64,000 nucleotides of DNA from Malacoraja senta. Lineage: Eukaryota. Both the position numbers and the translations under genes were made by a program. Positions 12,642-25,021 of this stretch are shown here, piece after piece. The stretch spans positions 24,244,001-24,308,000 of the forward strand of contig CM075989.1 in NCBI GenBank assembly GCA_038087875.1. Reading direction: 5' to 3'. Each line of letters opens with the position of its first letter. Within the stretch, counting starts at the first letter, position 1. Under the pieces are notes generated by a model. The model had not been told where the DNA came from. It saw only the letters and a program-made list of their open reading frames with translations, and did no database searches.

Positions 12642-13302
12642 CAGGTCGGCAGTTCAATTGGCTTCTGTAAATTGTCCCAAGTGTGCAGAGAGTGGATGAG
12701 AAAGTGAGATGACACATATCTAGTGTGAATGGGTGATTGATGGATGGATGGCTTGGACTCGGTGGGCCATAGAGTCTGTTTCCATGCTGTATCTCTAAAC
12801 TAAAATCAATGATAGTATCTGGTCAAGCACAAGACTCCAGGGTGTAGGGCCATTGCATTGTTTTCTTATTCCCTGAAACAAAGTATTTTGAGGGTGTTTC
12901 GTGACTCCACCATCAACATGGACCAGTTTAGAAAATAAACCACATGGAAAACCATGAGCAAAAGAATTATTTATTATCATGTTTCTGATCTTGTTTTAAT
13001 GTGCAAGTTCTCAGACATTTTGGTAAATATAATTATGTGATGGACTGAGTCAGGAAGTAGCAATGTCAAATTTGGGTTTTCAAGATTGAAAACCAGAGGT
13101 CAATGGAAGTGCTGGCAGAGTTTGATTTTGACGGGGTTGAGATCCTGGGAAAGAGAAGTAAAAATGATGTGATATGTGTTACTGGTGGTGATGTGCTTGT
13201 GTCTGTTCGAATAGAGTCCTTGACATTTTAAAATTAACACGTTGGGATGAATAAAACATCAGCGGGTCTGGCAGCATCCCTGAAGAACATAGAGGGACCA
13301 AT

Positions 13303-13533
13303 GTGTAGCAAGGAACTGCAGATGCTGGTTCAAATCGAAGATAGAGACAAAATGCTGGAGTAACTCAGCAGGACAGGCAGCGTCACTGGAGAGAAGGAAT
13401 GGGTGACGTTTCGGGTCGAGACCCTTCTTCAGAATCACATCGTTCTGAACAAGGGTCTCGACCTGAAGCGTTACACATTCCTTCTCTCCAGAGATGCTGC
13501 CTGTCCCGCTGAGTTACTCCAGCATTTTGTGTC
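13303..13533. repeat. Inverted pair of Penelope-derived repeats; intact hammerhead-like core on the minus strand at 13405-13432
   Basis: Visible reverse-complement arms of about 85 bp. Confidence 0.85.
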
Positions 13534-16471
13534 CATGGAGAGAACAATGGTGTGGAGTCTGCAAGAGAAGTAGTGCGCTGTTGTTCCAGGAGTGACCAGA
13601 GACGGCCGGTCACTCCGCAGAACATTGTAATCCCATGTCCAGATAGCTGCTCATTGCCCTTCCCCCCCAAAATGCCAACAGCCAGTACGCAACTGTTATA
13701 GATCCATAGCGCCAAACAGGCCCTTCGGCCCAACGTGACTATGCTGACCGGCATGTCCCACCCTCAACCGTTGCAGAAACCACGTTGTTCGGCCAAGAGT
13801 AAGTTGCGCCTGGAATTGCTTTGTGGAATTTCTGCTGCTTTATGAATCGACAATTGTGTTATTTCAGAATTGGAGGTGATGAGAAAAGCAGCGCCGGTTC
13901 ACTGACTCTCTGGCTCCGAGCGGCTGAGGTGCTAAAAAGTGAAGGATTAAAGGTGGATCCAGAGCTAAGGAAACCTCCACATCAGGCATGTGTAAGACAC
14001 AAAGGCCTTGCCGAGGAAATTCTTTGCTGGCTTGCTCCTGGCATGCAGCCTGTGGGAATGCAAATCAGGAAATTGTGCAAACACAGCCGAGAATTTTCTT
14101 CTCAATAGTTTTAAAAGGATGTAAAATCATGGGCTGTCCACAATATACTGCTGCGCGTTCCCCGTGGACTCTCCCCTCATGCCAAGAGCTTGCAGTTGGA
14201 AAATTAACCTCTGTGACTTTGTACAATTTAAAGAACAAGCTACTCTTTGCTGCAGTGAAGGGCAAGGGGAGGCCGGCACTCACACAAGTGTTACTCTGGG
14301 AACCGACAACGATTTAGTTTTAAGGTGCATGTTCATAAAGAAACAAATGGATATATAAAGCATGTGGAATACAGACAGAGAGTGCTCAGCGGGGCAGGCA
14401 GTATCTCTGGAGAGAAGGAATGGGTGACATTTCGGGTCGAGACCCTTCTTCCGACTGAGAGTTAAGGGAGATGGAATCTAGAGATATGGAAGGGTAAGGT
14501 GTGAAAACGAGGGATCAAAGCAACATTGCAAGAGTGGGAGGGTTAGGGTGAGAAGTGAGGGAGAATTTTAGTCCGGATGTAAGGAATGGAACACAGAGGA
14601 AACTGCAGCCTGGGAAACCTTTTGATCAAAATCCAGAGGATGAGCTATGATCTGACCAACTTAAACTAAATCGACATTAGCATATTATTTGTTGTAATGT
14701 CAAGCAGTCATAGTTTGCTCAGTAATGCATAGCACCAGAAACGCCTTGGCCATATCATCATTAATCTATACAAGTAAGCAAAAGCCAAAAGCATGGTTTA
14801 CCTGTTGCTAATATCTTCCCAGGTGACATGGCTTGCCCACGGTCTTTCATGTTGCACCAGGCTATCAATTCTTCTATTCCCCAGTGATTTCAGGCCTGAG
14901 TAGGCAACAGGACTAGACTCCCATCTAGTCCCACGCCTGTGTAAGATGCTCAGATACATTTACACAAAATTTCCAGCGCTATAAAATTGCGATTTTGACT
15001 GAAGAAGCACACTTAGACTTTGGGCTGAAGGGCCTGTTTCCATGCTATCTCTTTTAATTCAATTAAGGTCATAAGTGTTAGGAGCAGAATAAGGCCATTC
15101 GGCCCATCAAGTCTATTCTGCCATGCAATCATGGCTGATCTATCTCTCCCTCCTATTCTCCCCCATTCTCCTGCCTTCTCCCCATAACCCCTGACACCCG
15201 TACTGATGTAATTCGTTCAAATTACAAGTAGGCCCAGACCTTCACAGCAAGAAGAAAGATCCTATGGGCTTAAAGGAATAGATGCCCCAGGGAGAACATT
15301 ATGTTCAAATGATGAACGGGAAGCATTTGCTTTCTGTGAAATCACTTATTTTGCTCTCTGCTTTATTGAAAGGATGAAAGTAAAATATATTTGCAAGATT
15401 TCAATCCATTTATGATCACTAAAGCAAACACTGCACTCCGGGAATAAACTTAATGCTGAATTAATATGATAAACGCAGGCCCTATAGTTTGATAAATAGG
15501 CTGTGTTATGACTCTTGGTCTTTGATGAACTCCTTAAAAACGTATCTATCTTACTGAGTGAAACGATAGATAAGAAATGAAGGACTGCAGATTTACTGAC
15601 AGAAACAGAGCAGTGTAGTTTTCATTTGATAACTAATTATTTTTCTCTCGATTTCTTTCTGTCGGAAGCTAATTATAGAATCCATTTTCCAACTTTTTTC
15701 CATGCTGCAATATTTAGGTTTTATTCAGTATGCTTTTCTGTAAAGGAACCATTTCAATGGCTTTATTCAACTGGAATTCCAGAGACATGAGGCTTAGCCC
15801 CTTGTTCATCATTACCACTGACCCAAGTAATTCAGTGACTGACAATGGCCATTTGTTTTATAAGTGGCCGAATTCTGTGATTATTAATTAACTTCAACGT
15901 AGAAGGAGCATTATTGCAGCTGCACGGCAGCAAGCGCGCTTGTGAGTGGGAACAATTAAACGGGAATGTTGCAGGTTCAAGTTTCCTTCAGTCTCAGGCA
16001 TTGCAACATATTTTCACCAGTGACATTAAACAGACATCTCCACTGTCCCAGACTGAAGGCAAGACAAATGACATTGTTCTGTAAAACATCACTGCTTAAT
16101 CTTTTTGAAGAATGAAATATATATTCAAACATGTTGCAAATGAAGACAAATGATGCAAAGGAAAAAAAACAAAAACACATTTTGGCAATTAACCACATTA
16201 TTGTGTTTTTTTTTTAGTTTCGTTTTGGGTCGGTCTGAAGAAATGTCCCAACCCGAAATGTTGGTGCCATGTTCTCCAGAGATGCTGCCTGACTCTCCGG
16301 GTTACTCCAGCATTTTTTCATCAATCATGCTCCACAATTCTTGATTTCTGCTTCCAAATTGATTTGCCACCCAAGCTATTCCATCTGTTTGAATCTTTTA
16401 TCAAATAATGTCTTTGACTTTGTTTTAATGAACAGTCTGCACCAAATTCCTGCGGTACCACAATTATAGTT

Positions 16472-16661
16472 ACAAAATGCTGGAGTAACTCAGCGGGTCA
16501 GGCAGCATCTCTGAAGAAAAGGAATAGGTGACGTTTTCATCTGAAGAAGGGTCTCGACCCGAAACGTCAGCTATACCTTTACTCCAGGGATGCTGCCTGA
16601 CCCGCTGAGTTACTCCAGCATTATATGTCTATCCAACCAACATCTGCACTTCTTTCCTACA
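16472..16661. repeat. Inverted pair of Penelope-derived repeats; intact hammerhead-like core at 16541-16568 (+)
   Basis: Reverse-complement arms; core ctgaagaagggtctcgacccgaaacgtc. Confidence 0.85.
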
Positions 16662-16928
16662 CCATGATTGTAGTATTTTATTAACGTTCCAGAATTCCCA
16701 CGAACATATACCACTGCGGCAAGTTGTGAAATTGGATTCAGTCGTTTGTGAGCAGGCACCACTTGTACATCACCATGAAACTGTATGATGCTCAAAAACT
16801 AGCAGTTCACTTACACTCTTTGTGGGGATGAATCAGACACACTTGTACTGTTATTTTACAGTCTCTTCACCAAGTTTATTAAATGATGAGAGGCATAGAC
16901 ATTGTCGACAGTCAGGACCTTTTTCTAA

Positions 16929-17105
16929 AGGGCCTGTCCCACTTGGCGACTTTTTCGCCGACTGCCGGCGTCATTGACTGTCGTATCAGGGTCGCCGAAA
17001 TATTTTGAACATTCCAAAATCCAGCGGCGACAAAAAAAATGTTGCGACACTTGGGGAAACACCGCGCGTCAATACGTCATCACGCCGCGTCACACCGCGT
17101 CACGC
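16929..17105. mobile_element. Truncated PIF/Harbinger-like MITE (left part only)
   Basis: taa|agggcctgtcccacttggcgac...; colinear with 52392-52688 but lacks the right TIR. Confidence 0.75.
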
Positions 17106-17916
17106 ATGTTTCAGGTGAAGAAGGGTCTCGACCCAAGACGTCACCCATTCCTTCTCTCCAGAGATGCTGCCTGTCCCGCTGAGTTACTCCAGCTTTTTGC
17201 GTCTATCTTCACTTTGTTGGTTAATTGGATAAGGGTCGAGACCCTTCTTCAGAAGAATGGGTGTGACAGCGATCTACCCCCCAGTTAAACCCCTCAGAGG
17301 TCAGATGGACTCTCTGAGTTAGAACACATCAAAAAAACGGAATTATTTTCAAAGTGGGAATACAAATGGAATTTTGATCCTGTTTCAAACGTGACTGTAG
17401 TTGTGAAAGTGAACGTTTGTAAGTAGGCGTGTTACCGGTGAATAAACGTGACCTTCAAACTCCTGGTATCATTTTGCTAATGTTGATTCAACTCCCTCAG
17501 CCAGTTTCCTTATTAAACTGGCTAACGTCTGATCTGTACCTCAAATACATTTAATCAACCTTGCTCAATATTTATCATTTAATATCCTTCTCCAAAGAAA
17601 AATCTATCAATCTTAATCTTGAATCTTTCAGTTGACTCTACATACACAGGGCTTTTCCAGGTTACCAGGGGCTGAACAGATATACAGTAATCCTCCCCGG
17701 TGATCTGGCATTGATTTTAAGATTATTTCTCCTCCTTCTGGATACCCACAACAGAGGAAATTGGTTCCCTCTATCCGGCTATTTATTATTTGAAATACCT
17801 TGATTAGATTGGATTTCAACCTTTGAAACAGGAGAAAAGGGTCTGGTTTATGAAAGTCTTCCAGTGAAACGTTGTATCGTACTCCCATCTGAGCAAAATT
17901 ATTCTCCCAAAGCCTC

Positions 17917-18553
17917 TGTTTAGTTTAGCTTAGAGGTACAGCATGGAAACAGGCCCTTGGGCCCACCGAGTCATCACCGAACAAAGAATAACCATACACT
18001 AGTTCTATGTCATCCCACTTTCAGATTTTACACACTAGCAACAATTTATAACTACTGAAGCCAATTAACCTCCAAAACTGCACGTCTTTGAAAAGTGGGA
18101 GGAAACCGGAGCACCCGGAGAAAGCCCACGCAGGTCACGGGGAGAACGTACAAACTCCGTACAGACAGCACCCGTAGTAGACAATAGACAATAGATGCAG
18201 GAGTAGACCATTCGGCCCTTCGAGCCAGCACCGCCATTCAATGTGATCATGGCTGATCACCCCAATCAGTACCGCGTTCCTGCCTTCTCCCCATATCCCC
18301 TGACTCCGCTATTTTTAAGAGCCCTATCTAGCTCTCTCTTGAAAGTATCCAGAGAACCTGCCTCCACCGCCCTCTGAGGCAGAGAATTCCACAGACTCAC
18401 AACTCTCTGTGAGAAAAAAGTGTTTCCTCATCTCCATTCTAAATAGCTTACTCCTTATTCTTAAAGTGTGGCCCCTGGTTCCAGTCAGGATCCAACCCTG
18501 GTCTCTGGTACTGTGAGACAGCAGCTCTACCCGCTGCGCCACCATGCCGCCCC
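17917..18553 (-). mobile_element. V-SINE interrupted by a CR1 3' fragment (~18178-18480)
   Basis: SINE body stops at cccgtag and resumes at cagtcaggatc. Confidence 0.82.
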
Positions 18554-19171
18554 AAACATAAACAACTCTCCTGAGGAAGTGCGTGTGCTCAGCTTTGAAC
18601 TGTACACAATAAATAGGAATAAATCCATTTATGTTTGAGGAATGTAACAGAATCCTGCCATTTACTATATGTTGCCTACCCTGGCATAGCTTGTACTGGG
18701 TGATAATAGAACTTGGTCACTGTGATAAAGTCAAATCTATGACCATTATGAACAATCATTGCATCTCCTGACAGCAACATGAAGATAATTGATGGAGCTA
18801 AATTACCTTTTGATGCACAGACATAAACAAAATGTAAGGACTTTAAAAAAAAATCTTCCTTTGTGAGGTAATTTCTCTTTGATCCAAACCATCTGGTACT
18901 TTTTACACAGTAGCCCAAATCTTGATCCACCACAAAGAGTTGAGTCCCTTTAATCTTAATGCCAATGTGGGAGGGTTCATTCGGTAAATTAATGATTCAA
19001 AATGCTAGTTATAAATTGCTTTTGTAGATTTCACCAAAACCCCTCATTATTACACATTCATAAATGTAACCTCAATCTTAACCTTCATTTATTATGTTAG
19101 AATAATGGATGCAGAAATCGGAAACCAAGTCATGGAGCATTCTTGTAAGAAGCATGTAGTTCATTGCAAAG

Positions 19172-19268
19172 GGTCTGAAGAAGGGTTTCGGCCCGAAACG
19201 TTGCCTATTTCCTTCGCTCCATAGATGCTGCTGCACCCGCTGAGTTTCTCCAGCATTTTTGTGTACCT
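19172..19268 (+). mobile_element. 97-nt Penelope-derived hammerhead-bearing mini-element with a 15-bp target-site duplication
   Basis: Direct repeat tagttcattgcaaag at 19157-19171 and 19269-19283. Core CTGAAGAAGGGTTTCGGCCCGAAACGTT at 19175-19202. Confidence 0.85.
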
Positions 19269-19409
19269 TAGTTCATTGCAAAGTTTGCTACCTGACGGTA
19301 CAAATGTCAATTGTACTGAAGAAAAGCAAAAGCTAGAGACAGATTAAGCTCCAAATGTAAGCCCACGACATAGTCGACTCTCTGTGGCAACTTCACAGTT
19401 GCAGTAACA

Positions 19410-19745
19410 CGGGTCTCTAACTTCAAGTAACCCCTGTATTCCCTCTCTCTCCATCCCTCCCCCACCCTAGTCACACCATCAGTTTGTTCTGACCCAGCCC
19501 ACAGGTAACAATGACCTGTTACCTTTCTTTTTTCCATATCTTTCATCCATTTGTTCTATATCTGTCTCCATCATCGTCTATATGTATCTCTCCTTTCCCT
19601 TTCCCTTGACTTGCAGTCTGAAGAAGGGTCTTGACCCGAAACGTCACCCATTCCTTCTCTTCAGAGATGCTGCCTGCCCTGCTGAGTTACTCCAGCATTT
19701 TGTGTCTATCTTCGGTTTAAACCAGCATCTGCAGTTCCTTCCTGC
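19410..19745 (+). mobile_element. Penelope-like 3' UTR fragment with hammerhead-like motif (19618-19645)
   Basis: Begins with tctaacttcaagtaa (SNFK*, the end of the GIY-YIG ORF), then a C/T-rich UTR and the family 3' repeat. Confidence 0.75.
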
Positions 19746-20322
19746 ACCAATCTTGGGCCGTTGCCCGGGTGGAGTTTGCATGCTCTCCTTGTTACTGCGT
19801 GGGTTTCCACTTCCTCTTGCATCTGAAAGACACACTGTCAAACCTACAAACCTGCACGTCTTTGGACTGTGGGAAGAAACCGGAGCACCCGGAGGAAACC
19901 CACGCAGGTCACGGGGAGAAGGTACAAACTCCACACAGGCAGCACCCGTGGTCAGGATTGAGCCTGGGTCTCTGGCGCTGTGAGGCAGCAACTCTACCGC
20001 TGCGCCAGAGACCCATAATGAATGATTGATGCATTATTATATGTGACAAGTCATCGTGAAATTCTTTGTTTTCTATTCCCAAGGTCACACCCACCCCATC
20101 CTCCCTGACTTGCATCAGTGAGAAAAGCTGCCGTAACTCTGTCAGCGGGATGTGCAGAAGCTGGTTTACACCGAAGGTAGACACTAAATGCTGGGGTAAC
20201 TTAGCGGGTCAGGCAGCATCTCTGGAGAGAAGGAATGGGTGATTCTCAGTCTGAACAAGGGATTCGACCCAAAACTTCATCTATTCCTTTTCTCCAGAGA
20301 TGCTGTCTGACCTGCTGAGTTA

Positions 20323-20625
20323 AGGCCCTGTCCCACTTTCCCGAGTTACTCACGAACTCTCCCGAGTTTTCCCCTTGATTCGAACTCAGAAAATTACGGT
20401 AATAGCCGTTCGTAGGTACTCGGGGCTATTTTTTAAACTCGTGGACATTTTTCAACTGATGCCCCGAGTTCCTACGGCTGGCATTACGAGCCGCTACGAA
20501 ACATCTACGGACTCCATCGGGCTCCTACGAGCTCCCTACCGACATTCCCGGACATTCCCCGAGTTTGAATCAAGGGGAAAACACGGGAGAGTTTGTGAGT
20601 AACTCGGGAAAGTGGGACAGGGCCT
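20323..20625. mobile_element. PIF/Harbinger-like MITE inserted in a Penelope-derived repeat
   Basis: Long TIRs aggccctgtcccactttcccgagttactcac / gtgagtaactcgggaaagtgggacagggcct. Splits the host motif gagtta|ctccagca. Confidence 0.85.
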
Positions 20626-21109
20626 TAACTCCAGCACTTTGTGTCTGTCTATGTTAACTCTGATGTGCCACCTCAGTCCAGCTTCGTGTCTGACATGCCT
20701 ATCAAAGACATTAATGTTCTCATTCATTTCGAAGATACTGACTTACTTACATCCTCCAACCTTAGAGGCAAATGTGTCAAAACTCCACCTTTAATGGGCT
20801 GTCATTTTAAAGCTACACCTCTCCGATTTATGGAAGGTTTCAACACACGAGCTCCACAGTCGTTAATTAAAAAAGCAACTTACATTCACCTGTGTTGTGC
20901 AAAGGTTCTGTCCCGACATTAATGAAAACACCAATTAGTGTGAATGTTTGCAGACATTACATTCACATTACGCAACAATTCAACTATGATAATCTCTTTA
21001 AACCTCAGTAAAATATTTGTTTAGTTTACATCATTTATCTTGCAATGCGAATTGAATGTGAAATGTCAACGTCCCATTTGTAATTTTACACCCTAATAGT
21101 TTGTATTCT

Positions 21110-21265
21110 TGTATGATGTGCGTATGTGTATATAATATAAATATATGTATACAGTATATGTGTGATATATACATACATATACATATATACACACGTGGGT
21201 ATATATGATGTATATACGCATATACACATTCAGACACATACATGCATACACAATATATACATATC
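21110..21265. repeat. Degenerate (TA)/(CA)/(TG) microsatellite
   Basis: Alternating purine-pyrimidine low-complexity tract. Confidence 0.85.
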
Positions 21266-21436
21266 TGATGATGTCCAATTCATTTTTAATTCAAGAATCC
21301 AGTATTAATATTGCTAGTCCTCACCTGTACCACTGCCCCATTGTTTTCCCTGAGTTCAGTCTTGCACTTCATTATCAAGCTCAGCTTGCTCTACCATTCA
21401 ACAGATCTTGACCATTCCTTTATTTTAACATCATAT

Positions 21437-21700
21437 TTAGTTTAGTTTAGTTTAGAGATACAGCGCGGAAACAGGCCCTCCCGCCCACCAAGTCTGCACC
21501 GACCAGCGATCCCCGCACATTAACACTATCCTACACACACTAGGGACAACTTACACTCGTACCAAGCCAATTGTGGAAGGAAACCGGAGCAGCCGGAGAA
21601 AACCCACGCAGTCACGGGCAGAACGTACGTCTCTGGCGCTGAGAACCCCCGTCTCTGGCGCTGTAAAGGTTGTAAAGCAGCAACTCTACCGCTACGCCAC
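21437..21700 (-). mobile_element. tRNA-derived V-SINE (internally deleted)
   Basis: (tttag)n tail, V-domain and head remnants. Confidence 0.8.
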
Positions 21701-23963
21701 CTACACTCAGATCTTGAGTTTACTGTCATCCAAAAATCTATCAATCTGAATTCTGAATGAAATCAGTGACTCCATGGCCCTCCAAGGTAGAAAGTTAAGA
21801 TTTACCCTTCTGGGTGAAGAAATGTCTCTCCTTTACAATCCAAAATGACCTGTCCCTTTATTTTTAAACTGAAATCCCCCCATTCCCTTCCACCCACTAA
21901 CCCTCCCTCTGGTTTTACAATTTTCTACCCTTCACATCTACACATTCTACCCTTCTACCCTTCAGATCCGCATCTACCCCTTTTGTCAGACCTTCACCTC
22001 CAGTCTTGCATTACTAATTCCACCCATCCACCCACCACCAACCCCCTCACCTGAACCCACCTGCCCCTTCCCTTCACTTCCCTTTAACAGGCCCCCCACC
22101 CTCGCTCCATCAGACTGTGGATGGATCCCAAGAGTGTCTGTCCATTTCACTCTACTGATGCTGTCTGACCTGCTGAGTTAAGATTCCAGCACGTGGTCTC
22201 CTGGTTCCAGGCTTCCCATTTGTAGCAACATTCTCCTTTGTCAAGCTTTCTAAAAATGTTATTTTTTTTGGTTTAGTTTTAGTATTAAAGATACCGAGCG
22301 GAAACAGGCCCTTCGGCCCAACAAGTCCGCGCCAACCAGAGATCCCCGCACAATAATACTATCCTATACACACTAGGGACAATTTTACATTTTTACCAAT
22401 TAACCTACAAACCTGTACGTGTTTGTAGTAGGTATATAATGAAGTTATCCTCATTCTTCTGAACTTTAAAGAACCGAAGTCTAGCCTACACTGTCTCTCC
22501 GTGACCGACACGCAGCTTCCCAGGAAGCAGGGTGCCAAATGTTTGCTCCACTGCATTGAGAATAAATATATGTTGTTGACGTCCTAACATGTACACAATT
22601 CATTCACAGACTGATGGGCAATCTCCAGAGTTCACGTCAAGCTGGGAAAATAATGGAAGTTTAAGAAAGGGAAATGAAATGGGAGCAATAAAAAAATCAA
22701 GACTTTTGGAAGAAGATTTTGCTGGTTAAATTTAAATTCTGTTTTAAAACGGTTTTAAAACAAGTGAGGAAATCTGGATGATGTAAAAAAAAAATGTTCC
22801 AATCAAGTTTTTGGGAGATTTATCATGGACAAAAATTCCAGGTCTATAAATCCACATATGGGAAAATTTAGTGTAGGAAGGAACGGCAGATGCTGGTTTA
22901 CACCATAAGACACAAAGTGCTGGAGTAACTCAGCGGGACAGGCAGCATTATTTTGTACTGTGCAAAACAGCAAAATGTTATTCCTTAAATTGCATCAGGT
23001 CAGGGTTTCTGTTTCTCTCCCGAGGGTGATATGTATACAGGCAGATCCTCTTTACTATGATCTATTGATGCTGCCAGCAGCTATTATAGTACCTCAGTAA
23101 TATACAGACCATACGTTTTACAGGGCTGATGACATGACTGGAATATTACTGTGACTACTATGATATATCAACATGCTTACCAGCTTTGACATAAACATTT
23201 GTGATATTTGTAACATGTTTGTATCTTCACTTGCCTGTCTTTTTACTGCTTGCATTGTTTATTTTTTGGTTTAGTTTAGAGATACAGAGCAGAAACTGGC
23301 CCTTCGTCCCATCGAGCCCGCACCGACCAGTGATCCCCACACACTAACACTATCCTACACACACGGGGAACAACTTACATTTATACTGAGACAATTTACC
23401 TTTGGAGTGTGGGAAATCTGAGCTGAAACAGCGTGTTCATGTTGAAATCAAATTTTTAGCATTTGTGTTAGCCTCTGCACCAACACTAACAATGTTTATA
23501 TAGCGTGTAAATGACTATGAGCAATGTTATTGTACTTATCACTTAACACATAGGCTGGAGCCTGCAGTGTGATATTATGGTATGTGCATGCATTGTGTGC
23601 GTATCAAATTCTTTGTCGCACAATCTAGGGAAAGAAAATTATTTAGTGCCTCGATCAGTGTAATCTGATACAAAGGTGTTGGGTTCTTAAACCATTGGTA
23701 ATTTGAGGTGTTTGATGTTGCGGTGTTTTGTTAAAAATGCACCAGGCTTCACCGATATCTGTTTGCCTTGTTAGTCCAAGGTGTGCAGAGAGAGTGTACT
23801 TAATATCATTAACAAATCCTCATCGCATCAGGAGTTTTGGTGACAAATTAATTACTTTCTGTAGCATCTTTGTCATGTCAACAAATACTGAAGCCAATTT
23901 GGGTGAAATCGAGTTAGAGATAGCTGGCCAACTCATCTGCTTTTGAGCAGAGAAGCTGGAAGG

Positions 23964-24360
23964 TCATCATCGGCAGTCACTCGAAACTAGTGTGACTGTC
24001 CTTTTCTGGGAGGATGCCTGTGAGTGACTTTGTTTAACGTGGGGAGATTGGTGCACAGACAGCCACCCCACGGTCCTTGACAGATCTGGGTCAGGATCCA
24101 GTGGCATGGAGTCCAAGACGGCCAGAGACCCTTTTCTGCTGCAGCCTTCATCCGCCTTCCCAGCCGTTGTGACGCTCCACTAAAGTCAGACATCATCCTC
24201 CGTCTGTTCCACCATTGAGGTCTTGGTTGGATTGCTCTTTGTCAGGGACCTCCCCCTCCATGGGTGGCCCTACCAGGAGCATAGCTCCAGACAGCATCGC
24301 TCTCAGGTTCTCAGGACCACACAAGCTTCTCCACCACGACAAGGTGACAATTCACGGAGA
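23964..24360 (-). mobile_element. Short non-autonomous RTE (Expander/Rex3-like) element: 5' UTR joined to a 3' tail
   Basis: The minus strand starts gtcaccttgtcgtggtggagaagcttgtgtggtcc...tatgctcctggtagggccaccca (resembling an Expander-type 5' end) and ends gactgccgatgatga. Degenerate flanking direct repeat gaagc..tggaagg. Confidence 0.6.
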
Positions 24361-24688
24361 AGCACTGGAAGGCATACGTGTAGGAGCACCCTCCCTGGTC
24401 ATAGTGTGTGGGGAGATTCTCCTCGTCCACCTACACTGGCAGCTGGGGCTTTGGTTTAATAGATCACACTAATGGCTCCGCATGACAATGCCATGCCTAC
24501 AACTTTTCAAGATTTGGTCATCAATTCGGATAATGCGCTTGGGTCCCAGAGATTGTTTCGATCTCACTGCCTCTCAGGTGAGTTGGGAGCAGAAGTAAAA
24601 GTATTACTGGGCCAAACTGGCACTTAGGTATTCACCAAAATGCTGCTGAGGTTTGGCTGAGTAATCCTGATATATATATATCAAAACA

Positions 24689-24985
24689 GGGCGGCATGTT
24701 GGTGGAGCTACTGCCTCAGAGCGCCAGACACTCAGGTTCGATCCTGACTACGGGTGCTGTCTGTATGGACAATGTACGTTCTCCTCGTGACCACGTGGGT
24801 TTTCTCCGAGATCTTCGGTTTCCTCCCACACTTCAAAGACATACAGGTTTATAGGTTAATGGGCTTGTATAAATTTAAAATTGTCCCTAGTGTGTGTGGG
24901 GTAGTGTTAATGTGTGGCGATCGCTGGTCGGCGTGGACCCAGTGGGCCGAAAGGCCTGTTTCCGCGCTGTATCTCTAAACTAAAA
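24689..24985 (+). mobile_element. tRNA-derived V-SINE (HE1-like)
   Basis: Family consensus. Confidence 0.85.
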
Positions 24986-25021
24986 TTGTGTTTGATTCTG
25001 TGACGAACCATCTGATGCCCA

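Noticed and set aside
13589..13618. 9-bp hairpin ggagtgacc...ggtcactcc
   Set aside because: A single short stem is expected by chance in 64 kb and has no supporting motif.
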